Assembly (NCBI GenBank): GCA_030295235.1
Contig: AP026125.1
Location: 1,674,001-1,738,000 of the forward strand
Direction of reading: 5' to 3'
Source of the DNA: Fistulifera solaris
Lineage: Eukaryota
Length of the DNA: 64,000 bases
How positions within the stretch are numbered: position 1 is the stretch's first letter; every line of letters starts with the position of its first letter. Below, one piece after another: positions 47,959-63,224 of the stretch. The position numbers and the translations under genes were made by a program. Under the pieces are notes generated by a model, which was not told the DNA's origin, searched no databases, and saw only the letters and a program-made list of their open reading frames with translations.

Positions 47959-48716
47959 TCAAACCAGTCGCTGAAGATCTTTGAAGAGATGGTGTGGCTT
48001 ATCCGGATTGAACCATACTGCACGAACACCTTCCTTGAAAGCTATGCGTATGTTTTTCCTGTCATCGTCAATTAAGATTGTCGTCTGCTTTGAAATGCTA
48101 ATGTCGCCGAATTGCTCCAATTCTTCAACCGCGGAAGCGATATGCGCTTGTTTTCCGTCTCTTGATCCTAGACCGTTGTAGGTCCAGGAACGATCAGAGC
48201 CTCGAACCGGTATTCTGGCCGCATGATCCACTCCAACTACATCCTCTAGAATTTGCGTTATCATCTTTGGTTGCTGCGAGAAAGTAACAATAGCAACCCG
48301 AATATCATTGTTCATGCAAGATTGTAGCAATTGCTTGAATTCGGGGCGTACGTGCTCTAATAATTCTTGTGCCGAGCCGGGCCTGCATAAAAAGCAATAA
48401 GAAATGCGATGAGCAGGACGACACATTTTCACTTTAAGTATTCCGGATTGTTTACTAAGCTTGATCAGTTTCAAAATAAAAAAGCCTCAAAAAGCACGCA
48501 CCATCTTCCTCCCGTGTGTATATCAATCAGAGTTTGGTCAAAGTCGATAGCCAGCAAATTGATGTTCAGATTCTTGAGGTGCACGATGACTTCGTCTACG
48601 ATGCTTCGAGTTCTTGAAGAAAGCATACTGTTCACTACGAGAAGCGATATGATAGCTAGGAATAAGTAGACGAGGCGCGTTTCGATACGAGATAAACGGC
48701 GTCGGTCTAATGCCAT
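47959..48716 (-). CDS. HAD-superfamily phosphatase-like protein; intron 48383-48501
   Basis: Motif I IDFDQT, motif II IVTFS, GKQAH, motif IV LIDDD..N; the GTGCGT..TGCAG intron joins HTGGRW|PGSA in frame. Confidence 0.78.
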
Positions 48717-48976
48717 TGCTCACGCTTCCAGCCTCGGCATTTCTGATTGAATGAAAAGTATCATCATCATCATGGTGTTGATCTCTTGTGGTGCAATGAC
48801 AAAACATCATCATAGCTGTGCGACATGCGGCACCCATGTCCGATCGGATATTTATGTCGTACAGGTATGCACTAGATCATTCTCTCTAGTAAAGAAAAAA
48901 GTTCATGTACGCAAAAAACCACCTAACATAATCATGAACTAAACTACGTCCTACGCATTCTAATACAAACGAACTA

Positions 48977-50885
<1,909 letters not shown>

Positions 50886-51220
50886 TATGCAAATGAATGA
50901 TAAGCAGGATGACAAGCCCTGCAATGGAAAGAAAATGAGACGACAGCGCGCTTTTCTCGCAGTTTTATCGCAACAATTATTATTGGCTGACGAGGGACGA
51001 GGTTGTGCTCGTCTGTCCAGCCATCCTTCTTGATGACTGAAAAATAATGCAGTCGTGAAAAAGTCGTATACACTTTTCTATATAGTCAATTTTGAATAAC
51101 GCCTGTATGGCAGAAAAGTATTACCGGCGTGATAATAATCCAATGTGGAACACCGTCTAGTCTCTTTGGCATTCAGCGCTTTCATCTTCGTGGAAATTGA
51201 CGGCAATAATCAAACGAAAG

Positions 51221-51700
51221 AAAAAATGCAACGCATCGAATGTCTACGTAACTTCACGTAGCTCTCGTAGGGAAATTTATCGACAGAGGGGGTACCCGGA
51301 TATGGTGTAATTTCGATCACATTGTTTTCGCGTCTCTTGGACACCAATGTCAACACTACTTTGCCCAACAACACTAATGCAACCGATGAAACAATAATCG
51401 ACCTTGCTTTTTACAGCGAAACATGAAACAGTAGAAAGATACAAGGCTTCCTGTGTCTACGCGTATTTTACGTAGCCGCCGTAGGAAATTTATCTCTGCA
51501 GGGGTACCCGGATATTGTGTTTTTCCCCATCATCCAATTCTGGCATCTACAGGGCACCGATGTCAATGTTTTTATGCCCACCGTGCTTGCTTCGTATCCT
51601 TTAACAATAAAAGCATCGAATTTGAGAACAAAACGTTGATGGAACGAACGATGCAACGCATCGTATGTCTACGTAATTTCACGTAGCTTCCGTAAGGAAA
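51221..51700 (+). repeat. Dispersed repeat family A, locus 3 (three units, ~212-bp spacing)
   Basis: Hairpin cores start at 51244, 51457 and 51669. The first unit is near-identical to 5901-6010 (CTCGTAGGGAAATTTATCGACAGAGGGG.TACCCGGATAT.GTGTAA.TTCGA); the second matches 6130-6200 (GCCGC.GTAGGAAATTTATC). Confidence 0.88.
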
Positions 51701-52015
51701 TGAAGGCCAGAGAGTTAGAGTTAGAAAGTCTCTCTTACAGCATCTAGATCCGTGATCGAAATGATGTAGTCGTGGTGAAATAGAGCGAAACAATAAAAAC
51801 AGACAATTGTCTCGCCCAGTAATTTTATTGACAAAAAGGTATCCGTCAGATGAACTCATGAAAAAATAGCGGCGCTTTCTATCGATGAACAAGAAAAGGA
51901 AATGAATAATACAGCTGCTACGCACTGAGTTTAACCAACTCGATGATGACAGCGCTACTGCTAGAACATAAATTTAACCACCATATCATCGCTACCCTGC
52001 TTTGAACTATCTAGT

Positions 52016-53505
52016 TTAAACACCGAGCGCCAGTTGTAATAGAATTCTTCGGAAAAACGGAATAGAAACTACGACAGTCGCAGCCGATGCGGTCAGAGCC
52101 ATAGCAATAGCAGCGAAAGGAAAGGCGTCTTTTTCATTGGCAAAGGCAGCCGTTCCGAGCCCGTGGGCGGATGCGCCAATACCAAGACCCCTTGCAACAG
52201 GATCCTTTATACCCAAAGCAGTAAGGATTGTCGCGCCAAAGTTCGCTCCGAATACACCGGTTAAGACCACAGCCGAAACCGCAAGTGAGACATCCGCCCC
52301 AATGATTGCCGCGATAGCCATGGCGAGAGGTGATGTAATGTTTCGCGATAAGAGACTTAACCTCAAAAAGGATTTCCAATGTCCAGCAACCGCACCAGTA
52401 GAGCGGTACCATAAAGGCCACCAAACGTCGACACACCAACAGCCGTTCCCACTTCGGCTAAATTATCTCTCATCAGTTTTCGCTTTTCGTACATAGAAAT
52501 AGCCAAAGAGATGACAGCTGGTCCCAACAAGAAGAGCAGAATATCACCGGCCCCCGATGTTTTCCATCCCAGCGAGCCCGTTCTGTAGGATTTTAATATC
52601 GATCGAAACGACTGACCAGTCGCAGCAGCCAAAGCCCGGGCAACAGCCCACGTGAAACTGGTGCAAATTAAAAGAGGATGAATAATTTTGGTCAGTTTCT
52701 TCGGTAGTCGAGCACCGTATACAAAGGTCGAAAGAGTTGTCGCGAGAAGGAACAATGCCGAAGACTGCCGCGCCAAGACTGTAGTACCGGCAAACCTAGA
52801 GGCTAACGTCAAAAGACCCAATCCCACGCTAGTCAGAGTCAGCGCATGAAAGCACTCATCGGAAAATGGTTTCGATGGTACTGCATTCATTACGTTCTGA
52901 GTGGCTTTGGACGTCAAATCTTCTAATTCGGCTTTCACGGGGGATTCATTCCCCATAGCTTTACGAACTGCGATCACAGAGAAAGCAGCAGAGAGCAAAG
53001 AAAAGAAAAAACCGCCAAAAACGATCCCAACTACTTTCATCAGTTCCGCGGAGGTTCCAATACTATCAGCCAGCGGTAGTGTAATGAGAGAAGGAACAAA
53101 GAAAACAGGTAACCATTTTGCCAAGAGAGCTGCTCCTGGTGTCAACTTGTCGTAAATGAACGAAGATGCTTTCGGAGGAAGGGCCAATAAAGTTGCAAAT
53201 AGAAAACCACAACCACCGAGACTCGAAGGAAAGTCTACATTTGCTGCTTTGAATAAAGTGCGAAAAGCAATGTCGAGCAGGACGAACGAAGCAGCGGATA
53301 TTGACTGTTTTCTGGTCGTTGAGTCAAAGGCCGGGAGCTTCAAAGAGACGGCGGAAGTAGACAAACTAGAACGCACTTTCGAAGCTGCTTTCAGCGTGTG
53401 GGGTTTTGGTCGTTTGAAGCCAGCTGACGTAGCAAATCCATTTGTGAAAGTGCCGAAGGTTGATATAGTAGCCAAAGCGATGAGAGCAATGTGATGGACA
53501 TGCAT
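52016..53505 (-). CDS. LrgA/LrgB-like plastid envelope transporter (PLGG1 glycolate/glycerate translocator-like); apparent frameshift near 52365
   Basis: FPSSLGG, KWLPVFFVPSLITLPL, HPLL, GAGDILLFLLGPAVISLA, RNITSPLA, ARGLGIGASAHGLGTAA; signal peptide followed by NG-F presequence. Confidence 0.88.
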
Positions 53506-53787
53506 GATTAACTGAAAATTTTTGTAATCGTGCGTTCGCAAAAGTACGGTACACCGTATTGCCTATTCAAAAAGCGCTTCCTCTTTCTTGAAGAAATACT
53601 TATTAATACCGATGTTTGCCAGAGTTTGTTTTCCTGTTCAGCTTTCTCGATGAGAAAAAAAAGATTGCTGGCGTCGTCGCGGGTTGCCTTGGCCGCGGGT
53701 GTCAAAAAGATTAGGAGGCTTCATGACGTCGAGTGACATCACTTTGTCATGGTTCAACCTTAGCTCTTAACGGACAGATGCGTCGAA

Positions 53788-54085
53788 CATCTACAGATTT
53801 TCTGGGTGCTTAAAAACACGCTCGCCACGTACAAATACCGCACTCCCAGAGTTTCTGGGCACTTGCTGGGCACGTGAATAAATAAATCACATCCCCAGAT
53901 ATTTTCTGTGAATGTCAGGTCACCGCATCCACAGATTTTCTGTGTGATTGAAAACACCGCACGCCCATTCACCGATTTTCTGGGCATGTGAGAAAACCAC
54001 TCCTCCAGAATTTCTGGGGGCATAAAAATACCGCTTCCCCAGATTTTCTGTGCCCTTGGAGTTACCAAATGCCCAGATTTTCTTT
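53788..54085. repeat. Degenerate array of the CAGAWTTTCTG dyad core
   Basis: About 8 copies of (C/A)CAGA.TTTCTG(G/T), several preceded by AAA.ACCGC, at irregular ~30-55-bp spacing; an isolated similar core lies at ~55037. Confidence 0.75.
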
Positions 54086-54313
54086 CGGACTGGAAATAAC
54101 CATACTTTTGCGCCTCTCCTTCAGCATTCTACCTGTAGCCCACAGAAGGCATTATTATACTGTTTACTTTTCTAGTGGTTTTTCAATGTTGATGAAGATT
54201 TTTAACTAAAAATAAATGAAACGCAACCGTAAATGCGGCGTGGCGTCTTTTCGAGAAATCCTGTCCCGTGTAAATTGAGGTACACTATCTGTAAGTGTAA
54301 TGCTCCTCACTCA

Positions 54314-54545
54314 CTGTGTCACGAGTTTGAAAGTGGGCCCAGTCTGTCCGTGCGTCCTCTACGACATTTTACACGCACACTGCGACACTCCCAAAATTAC
54401 GGGTACCGTTCCGAAAAGTAATATACTCTTCATGCTTACATTTACTTTATTAGTACTTCAAGGATCTAGTGTGTTCAAACCGTGCTTTTTGGCCAAAAAT
54501 GCAAGGGCATAGCACAGGATTTTTTCGGCCCATTGCTTTTCACAT
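54314..54545 (+). repeat. Dispersed repeat family B, copy 2
   Basis: Colinear conserved blocks shared with 32063-32285. Confidence 0.75.
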
Positions 54546-55236
54546 TCATTTCGTGCCATCGAGCGACCTTTTGAAGGCACTCGACGATTTCCCTCTCAAA
54601 TTTTGCTTGCATTCATGAAGGCGACAGTCACGCAGAGGCGTCATCGAAAATCCGCACGGAAATTCGATCCGGGAAGGGTTAAATCGCTTGAATAAGAGGA
54701 TGGATCTGCTGGGGTGCCTGTTCGTCACCGCAGCGTAAATGTCAACTCACACGACAGCAATGCAGGTAGCGACGTCCTTAAAGCGATGTTCTACAATGAC
54801 GGGTCTATTTGGAAGTTTTAGACGCCGAAATCGCACACTCGAGGTCTTTCTATCGTTTAATATCCAAGCCAACATTACCCTTGTTGATCGGCTCGTCCGG
54901 ATGAAACGCGGATTGAAATGCTCAATCAAAACACACGATCAGATTTTAGAGCAACAAAGCCGCTGACGGGTTTTTCTACTGCCATTGTGCGCAGACGGCA
55001 CCACATGCACAACGCCACGTCGGTGTCACCCACATCCACAAATTTTCTGTGTACGTGACGACACTACATTTACCTTTGCAACTGCAAATAGAGGAACATC
55101 ACTACTTGTAACTGCACCGAAATGCATTGCTTGCGGTGAATTATTTGTGGCAAATAAGTTTGGTACTTCTGAACATCTTGTTAAAATTTACAATAAAAGT
55201 TTAACCACTACAAACCGTGTCAGTACCCTGTGTCAT

Positions 55237-58200
55237 TTACACTGCCGAACGAAAGCAGAAACTGACAATCCGTCCATCTTTTGGGTTATCTGTGTCGGAA
55301 AGCATCATCACAATCTCAGCTCCGCCAACTTCAGCAGAGTATCGCATGACGGCATCAACAATATAGTGTCCGACGGTTTCTTGGGCGATCAAGCTCAAGT
55401 CGTCATCCTCAAGCTCGAATGCAGCAATCAGTCCCTTCCTTCTAATAATGACCACAATGATATTTGATAAGGAACAACAGATAGCTTCTGGGAAAGTTCC
55501 CATGGCAAGGGAAGGCGGCTTCAGGTCAATTTCTTTATACTCATCCATCTCAATCAAATGAGATACCTCAATTTCACCTAGCTCAATGGAACCGTTTCGT
55601 GGTTCCCTTACTGACAGTATATTGACGTAAATACCTTCATCAAGATTGTGGACTGTTACAAGCAGAGGCAAAAGGATCCATCTTCGATGATGGGTGGCTG
55701 GCAGAAACATGCTCCCAATACGTCATCCGAAACCTGCACGGCACGTGAATCTCCATTGATAGGAACGATCCACGACTCGAGAAAGCCTTCATTCGACTCC
55801 TTCGTAACCATTACCAACCCTAACTTCGAGCAGATTTCGGTTTCGTCAAGCCCGTTAGAACCACCTTCCTCGTAGCTTACAACTTTCTTTCCTTGCAAAT
55901 CAGGACCACGCTTCCAGACCTGGTGCGGTCGTGGAGACTCCTCGAGTGGCATCCAATGAAAGCCGCCTACCGGGGTGATCAACATGAAACAAAGCGTGTT
56001 TTGTGCGGCTTCAGGTGGTAGGTACCGCCAGAAGTTGAGCTTGGTAGTCATCTGCAATTCCACAACCACTGTCTTGGATTGAAGCTCAAAAACAATCATT
56101 CTTCGTTCTCGAGCAAGGAAGCAGCACAAGAACTCGCTACCCATGTCATCCATTTGGTCGCTGACAACTGCGCCACTCGCTCCGATCGGGTAGGTTAAGG
56201 CAGGCGGATCCTCATTGTCGCGCCAAACAATCGTCTTTTCTGAGCCGCATATTGCAATTCCTCCAACGCCGAATCTGTCCATTCCACTAAAATCAGGAAG
56301 ACCACCACGATTTCCTCCGAAATGTCTAGTTGCTGGAGGGCCTCTTATCAAAGCGGCAGCTGCCGACGAGCGAATTTGCTTCGAAAGTGGAAGCGCCGTG
56401 TCCCACAAGGTAACCGGCACTTCGGAATCGTCCTGGGCAGCATCATGGGAATCCGCATTTCCGGCTTCTCGCTTCTTTATCGAGCTTCCAGTGGTCGACG
56501 GAATAGGGCCAGGGTGATTAAAAGAATCAAAAGATGTTTCGAAGCTTGTATTCGGAGCAGGGCCATTTGCAGCAGTCTTTTCTGCTCCTGGCGATGTCAT
56601 GGGTGGACTTGGCTTTGGTGGAGGTGCTAGAGAGAAGCCCATGGAAAACCCAGATCCGGATTTTCCCGATGTCTTTGTCGTGGCAAAGAGACTTTGTCTC
56701 ATCTCTCCTCCTTTCACCCCTTTACCTAGACCATTCCCGCTGCTTTTACTGCTGATTTTCAATTTGAACTTCTTTTTCGTCTCAGCTGCCGTCAAATATT
56801 CAAACATGAATGATTGTGTATCTTCCGCACTACGTTCGCACGCCCAAATGCGTAAGTCCGTCATTCGATATCCTGGGGTGTGATCCAATCCGAAAACAAG
56901 ATGCGAATTTTGCATGATCTCGTCTAATTTTCCGGGGCTGTGCAAGTCATTTTCTTCGTATCCTCGAGGTAGCATTGACACCTCGCCGGAAACAACTTCG
57001 ACTCCTTTCATATACAACGATACCGTGCACTCCGAGATAGAGAGTCCTTTTGATGATAGCACGACACAAACATGATTCCAACGACCCCAAGCTGCTTTCC
57101 CGGGCCTAACGTCTTCGTTGTTACCGGACGAATCGGTGGGGTAAGACTCTTCTGATGACACGAGAACTGCTCCGGCACAGTTACGATACTCAAGGTTTCC
57201 ATTCTTCAACAGAACCAATTCCCATAAAACACAATCTCGTTCTGACGCAAGACATATTTTTGTAAAGTCATTTGCAAAGGGGCCAACCGTTCGACGAGCT
57301 AGAACAATGCTATGCGTTAATTCTGTAGGAACACTGTACCAAAATTCAAGTGTGCACTTCTTACGAGACTGCCTGTTTGAATTGTGGAGGACACCAACGT
57401 CGATACTGCAGCCCCCGCGTTGCGGGCAACACCAATCCACTTGCTTTACCAACACCCGAGCGACCAAAAACGACATCATAAAGACTTTTGACTTTCCCTT
57501 TCTCACCTTCGTCAACGCTTGATGTCGATTCCTGAAGGCAAAATCCATCTGCGTCTCCGAACAAAATAAGCTTGTTCTTGTAAGGTGATAGATCTTGAAG
57601 ACCTTCGGCTTTCCAAGAATTGTCCGCATCGTCCCCTTCCGACATTCGAAAGTACCCGCAAAGGTTGGCTTCGTCAGAGCGACCTTCGCCAACTCCTTCA
57701 ATCCAGTTGTCGCCTTCGCTGTCAATATCACTTTTTTCTCCAAAAGAGTCATTATCGTCCTTGTTGAGAATGTCCGCAAGCGTCCTCTCTCCTCGATCGC
57801 GTGCCGCCGAAGCTCCTTCTTTACCTAGAATCAGTGGGCGCCTTTGACCCATCCAGTCTTCTACGCGATCCAACAAAAGCAGATTGTCTTTTTGTCTGTG
57901 GGGGCCCTCGTTCCTAGGTAAAAATCAATTAGCTTACATAATGTTTTCAATAACAACGAAAAAGCTTGACGTACCAAATATGCTTTGCTTCATTGCATGA
58001 CGTCGCCCACAAGGGTTCTGAGTCCGGACTTGTGATTTGGCCAAATTCATCCAAAGCAAATTCGCCGATCACCTTATGACGTGCCCTCCCAACCCTCATC
58101 CCGCTTTGCAAAGAAGGGGCTAAATGCTTGACAGAATTTTTCAGTTCATTTGTAATCGTTTGAGTTTGTTGGGTTTGTTGTTCGCTGAGGTAGACTGCTA

Positions 58201-61200
58201 AAGATGCATAGACACTCGATGTGTACAGCGATTTATCGCTGTGGCCTTTTAGGACTCTTAAGAAACTATTCTGGCCTTCTCTCTCTCGAATTGCAGCAAG
58301 CTGGACTAGTGCACTTTCTGTGAACTGAGTTCCGCAAAGATCAAACAATTTTAAAACATCAATCAAGCCCCCTTCTTCCATAGCGGTCTCCGCGTAAGCG
58401 CGACAAACATACATGGACGGATCACTTTGCCTCGGTAGTGTGGATGCCATGTTATGATCCGGAGATTTAAGATAATCGGAGTAATATTGGTCTCCATTCG
58501 ATATGAGGTGAATTAACATGTCTGATGAAAAGCCGCCTTTCATTTTTTGTGCAACCGACAACCAAGGTGACAGAATCCGGCTGTTTGAGTTGCGCTGGAA
58601 TTGTAGAGCGCCAATAAGCAGCCATGTCGACGCGTGAGAGAGACCATAACGTCCCAGTATTTCGAAAACACGGGAGGAAATCCCAGCTCCAAACGTTCCG
58701 ATACCCTCATTCTCTCCATGGGTAATGGATGCAAGCTTCCTCCCAAATTTTTCTATCACTGTACGAAGTACATGGGTTGACACGTTTTGCTTGTCTCCCA
58801 CACACACTGCGTTGGCAATCATGGGCTCGAGAAGCAATGCTGGAATAGTTTTAGCCACATGTAACTTGACTTCCTTTGCATTCTCCCCGTTCTCGGCGGT
58901 GTGAAATCCGGATTGTTTGTCGAAGAAAACGATCCGATCAGGTCTGATGCTGATAAGACTATACTGACGCTTCGACAAAGGAAAAGTACAAATCGAACCC
59001 GAAGCCAAATGATCATCAAGGCAACACAAATAACAAGCCTTATTTCCCATTACAAAACCAGCTGCGAAAGCCCCCAAAGGCAAAAAGTCCGGAACAGGGA
59101 TTAGTGAGATCAACTTGTGCTGCTACTGCGAGCCCAGACGTAAGAAGCAATACCCGATCAGATGTAGACACGGCGAAATTCCTATATCCACTGTCGTCAC
59201 CTTCAAGTCCAATCATATCATTTATTTCTTCATGTTTTTCAAGGAAGTATGATCTATCTACTTTGATGTTTGGTATGATTGCTGACCAATTCTCCTCGTT
59301 TACCGAATTCGCGTCAGAGAGCTCCCCGATAACAATACAACTTCTGCTGTCGCGTATGCGACTTGCTGAGGCAGCAAGTATGACCTTGCCTGCCCCCTCG
59401 AACGCGAATATTCGCCTACACTCCAGAAAATCATTGGGCTCCGCCACGTCGACACCGACGATTGGTCTGTATGCCGATTTTAGTCTGAAGCACTTTTGCT
59501 GCGCGTCCCACTCAAAGTACGTGAGCTTCGATCCGTTTGAACTTAGCAATAAACCTCTGGTGCTTTCTGCCCCGCTCGATGGCAAGAAAACAACATCTCG
59601 AACTTGCAGCACTTCGATGGCAACATTCTCTCCGCCACTTGACCAATCCACAAATGCAAACAAAGATGCATCCAAGGAAACGTCTATAGTTTCTGGGATC
59701 GAAGTTCCCAACGAAGCTCGGTAAGCTATAGCACAAAATGGTTCACATCGGTGTCCCAATATTCGCATCGGGACATGACCAAGCAACTTCTCGTGAAACA
59801 ATTCGCAAACCACATTGCATTGTGCTCCTCCGTGCACTTCTTCCGACGTATTTTCTGTCGCTAAAGTTCCTAAATTGCGTTGCTGCTGCTTTGTATCACC
59901 AACAGACGCACGACAAAGTAGATGCCTCATCATTGGCCGAGACCATCCACGCAAATGATCTTCCCCAATACCATTCGATTGTTCGCAATGAAGCAATGAA
60001 AAAACGTGCAGTGTTCCATCGTTGTCATCCATTGAAAGCACTTCACCGGCCGATGTAAGCCCACAAGGCAACGAAGCAACCGGAGAGCTCAGCGCAGAGA
60101 CTACGCCTTCAGCTTTAGATCGTGGAATTGAGGGGTCCCTCAAGGTAAAACGAAAAACACTCTCGCGCGAATACGAAACAAGGCTCCCCAAGTTATAGCT
60201 CGACAGAAAACCAAGGGGTGGCTCATCCAAGTCATCATTGACCTCATAAACTTTAACTTCGTGGATCGGAATCAATGCCTCATTTGCAAGATCCTTAACG
60301 GATCCGCGACTATGAAGCTGAAAATCAATGGACCCAATGATAACATTACTCGTACGTTGATCTCCCCCATGTGATATAACCAGACATGGTCCGACATGGG
60401 GCCCCGCGTGGAGCCATGCCACAGACACCTGTTCATGTCGCCTACCTTCCCATTTCTTTGCAACAATAGGTCCGATTGATGGAACTTGAGCCAATGGAGC
60501 TGAAGAGCTCGTCTCAAGGGACTTTAGATTCGTACCCTTTTCCTCAAGCACAGGCATTCCTACATGGAAAACTGCCAAACCGTTCTGGAAAGCAGCTGCT
60601 AATAATGGAAGGTTGCAGTGTGAATGTTCCAATGAACAGAACTCGAGCTGCGTACAGTAGCCGACCCCTTCAGAACAAGTATGAAAAAGTATGTCAGAAA
60701 CCTGCTCATGAGAAGTTTTAGGCATTTGTAATAAGGTACTCACCAGAACTTTCTTTGTGTTGAAGTTTTGCTTGGACAGTAGAAAAACACGCAGACGCTT
60801 CAAGACGGCAAGCTGGGTTAAGCCACCTTTTGGTCGCTACGGCTTCTTTTGAGCCGAGGGGAAGGAGGGCAGCACCATAATTCCACATACTTATTGTACC
60901 CTCTTTCATTGCAACCACCAAGTAAGGATACAGTCCGTGCAAATTAAACGACACAGCCATGCATGAAATCCTTCCAGGCCCCCCCAGAAAATTTGCCGAC
61001 CATGTTTCCTTATTTGACGGATTACAAATAAATATGCATGGCCCTTTGGGTGACGCCCCAGCTATAAATAGAAGACCGTCTGTATTCCTCAAAGAACTAG
61101 GCTCGAAAGAAAACTCTCCACTGCTTGGCGGGGAGATCGTATGCTGAACAATGGCAGGGTGCGTCGTCCCGCCACCCCATTGCCATACAGCCACGACGCG

Positions 61201-62851
61201 TAAAACCTGATTGGACTCTAATGAAAGTAAATCAAGAATAGCCACAACACTAGTCCCCATCTGACCATTTGATCGTTGAAGACCAGCCGATAGGGCTAAA
61301 ACAGTCTCGACCTTGTGAACCAGAATGTTGTATTTGTCAGCAATCTTATTCCGAAACTCCCGCGACATTATTGTGATACTCAACACGTGCGCATTGCCTC
61401 GACTCGGATCAATCTCGATAATTTTGCAGATCCCATTGTTTTCGATGCAGCATATACAGTTACCATTAGATGGGTTGCTGACTGGAGGCACGCGTAATCC
61501 GACGCACATCGTCGCGTCTTTAGAAAGCATAGGTCTTTGTACAGGACGGACGGGGAGTTCTCCTTTCAGTGGAGATTTATCCCAGACTTTCTGCGGTGCA
61601 GTTTGTTCTACGAAAGCTTGATTGAGAAAATCGGATCCCTCTACAACCGGAAAGGTGACATCGAAGTCAGAAGAATTCAGATCGAAAGCTTCGAATGTGG
61701 AAAAATTTCCAACCGAAAAAGCTGCATCAAAATCATTTTTCGATAAGCTCTTCCCTTGTTTCCCTTTCGATTCGCCGCGCGCAGAAGAAGGAGGAAATTC
61801 ATGTGCCCGCGAAGCCGAACCAGTGTTACTATCAGTAAGTGTGAAGTTACCAAAAGTGCCAAAACCATCATCATTGTTTGGCACGTCAGAAGACTCAAAC
61901 CCGTCAGCACCACCAAATGCCGGAAAGTCACCCCAACCACTCACTGCAGTATCCGTTACTATATGTGACCTTGATGAGCTGCCAGATCTTGAATCCTTAC
62001 GGCTTTGCTGCGACTCGGAGACACCTTGCAGGGAAGTCGGCTTGGGGCGTCCTTTCGTGCTCTTCGTAATCGGTTTCTCTTCGCCCGATGACGACGACTG
62101 ACTAGATGTCTTTCTTCTGTGCAACTCCTTTTTCTCAGAAGGCTCAGGTAGTGAAGCCAAAACTCCTCCACCATCAAACGAAGCTCCTAAAGTCAGACCC
62201 TGTCTCGACGCCCGAGATGACGACGGAGGCAAGTTTTTATCGTCGCTACGCCAACCTTTTCGACTGGAAGAGATACCAGACGAAATAGTGTCTTCATCGC
62301 TGCTACGGCGTCTCTGACTGCTGACTGACTGATCTACCGACACCTCGTCCGAAAGTGAATCTCCGCTCTTTGATCTTCGAGTGCGCATTTTCCTTCGCTC
62401 ACTGGGATCTTCTGGCTCTTCTCCGCTCGGTCGAGGCTTCCGACGACTTCTCCTCTCCCCCGATTTACTAACAATAGATCCGCTTATAGTAGACGATTCA
62501 CCGTCTGATGCTGGTTTTCTTCGTCCGGGTTCCCCTTTTTGGTCGAGATGCGTCGAAAGTTTCGCCACACTGCGGGGTTTTTCCGGGGCATCTTGCATGT
62601 TGTCCTCCGCAATTACTTTCGTTTGCGGCATGACCGGTGGTACCTCATCTTCTTCTGAAGAAGCGTCGCCTGCCATCTTCCTTCGTCTTGCCATTATAGC
62701 TTGCAAATCTTGTCCCATTGACACTTTGCTGAGTTCTTTTCTTTTTCGTCGCCGACAATGCAGTTGCTGCGACATCTGTGCGAGGATCGTCCACTTTCAA
62801 TTCGGACTTTCGCCGTCTCTGCTCCATAAGTTTCTGAAGGTCTGGGTTCAT
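55237..62851 (-). CDS. Very large (~2,450 aa) uncharacterised protein: disordered N-terminus, propeller-like beta regions, LamG/ConA-like domain; introns 60668-60743 and 57914-57974; several apparent frameshifts
   Basis: Chain of same-strand overlapping ORFs (62645-62851, 60718-62775, 59040-60803, 57947-59113, 57361-57876, 55656-57779, 55237-55710); both introns restore frame; LamG-like TLEFW..WNHVCVV..LYMKG..TDLRIWACERS. Confidence 0.7.
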
Positions 62852-63224
62852 GATGAAATGCTTATTTATAACAAAAAGAAAAACAGAACGAAGTCAATGA
62901 AGTTATCAAGTATTAGCTCGACATCCTCGATCCTCGCGCATCGTTCGCGTCAATTTTTTTGCGACGATTACCACAAAGTATCGTAGCGGTACACGTTTTG
63001 TCTTAAACCAACAACTTACGCCATAGTACGATACTACCTGGCACTCGAGGTAATACCTAGAACTAAGGAGCGCCTCTAAAAAGGGTTCAAAATAATCCAA
63101 ATAAAGGAAAGGAATCGTCTAAGGTTTAAACATCGCATGCGTACGAAATGTCACTCAGTATTCTATGTTGAAAAGTACCAGCATTGGCAACCATAAACTA
63201 CTTTTGACATTCTCGAGCAGCTTT

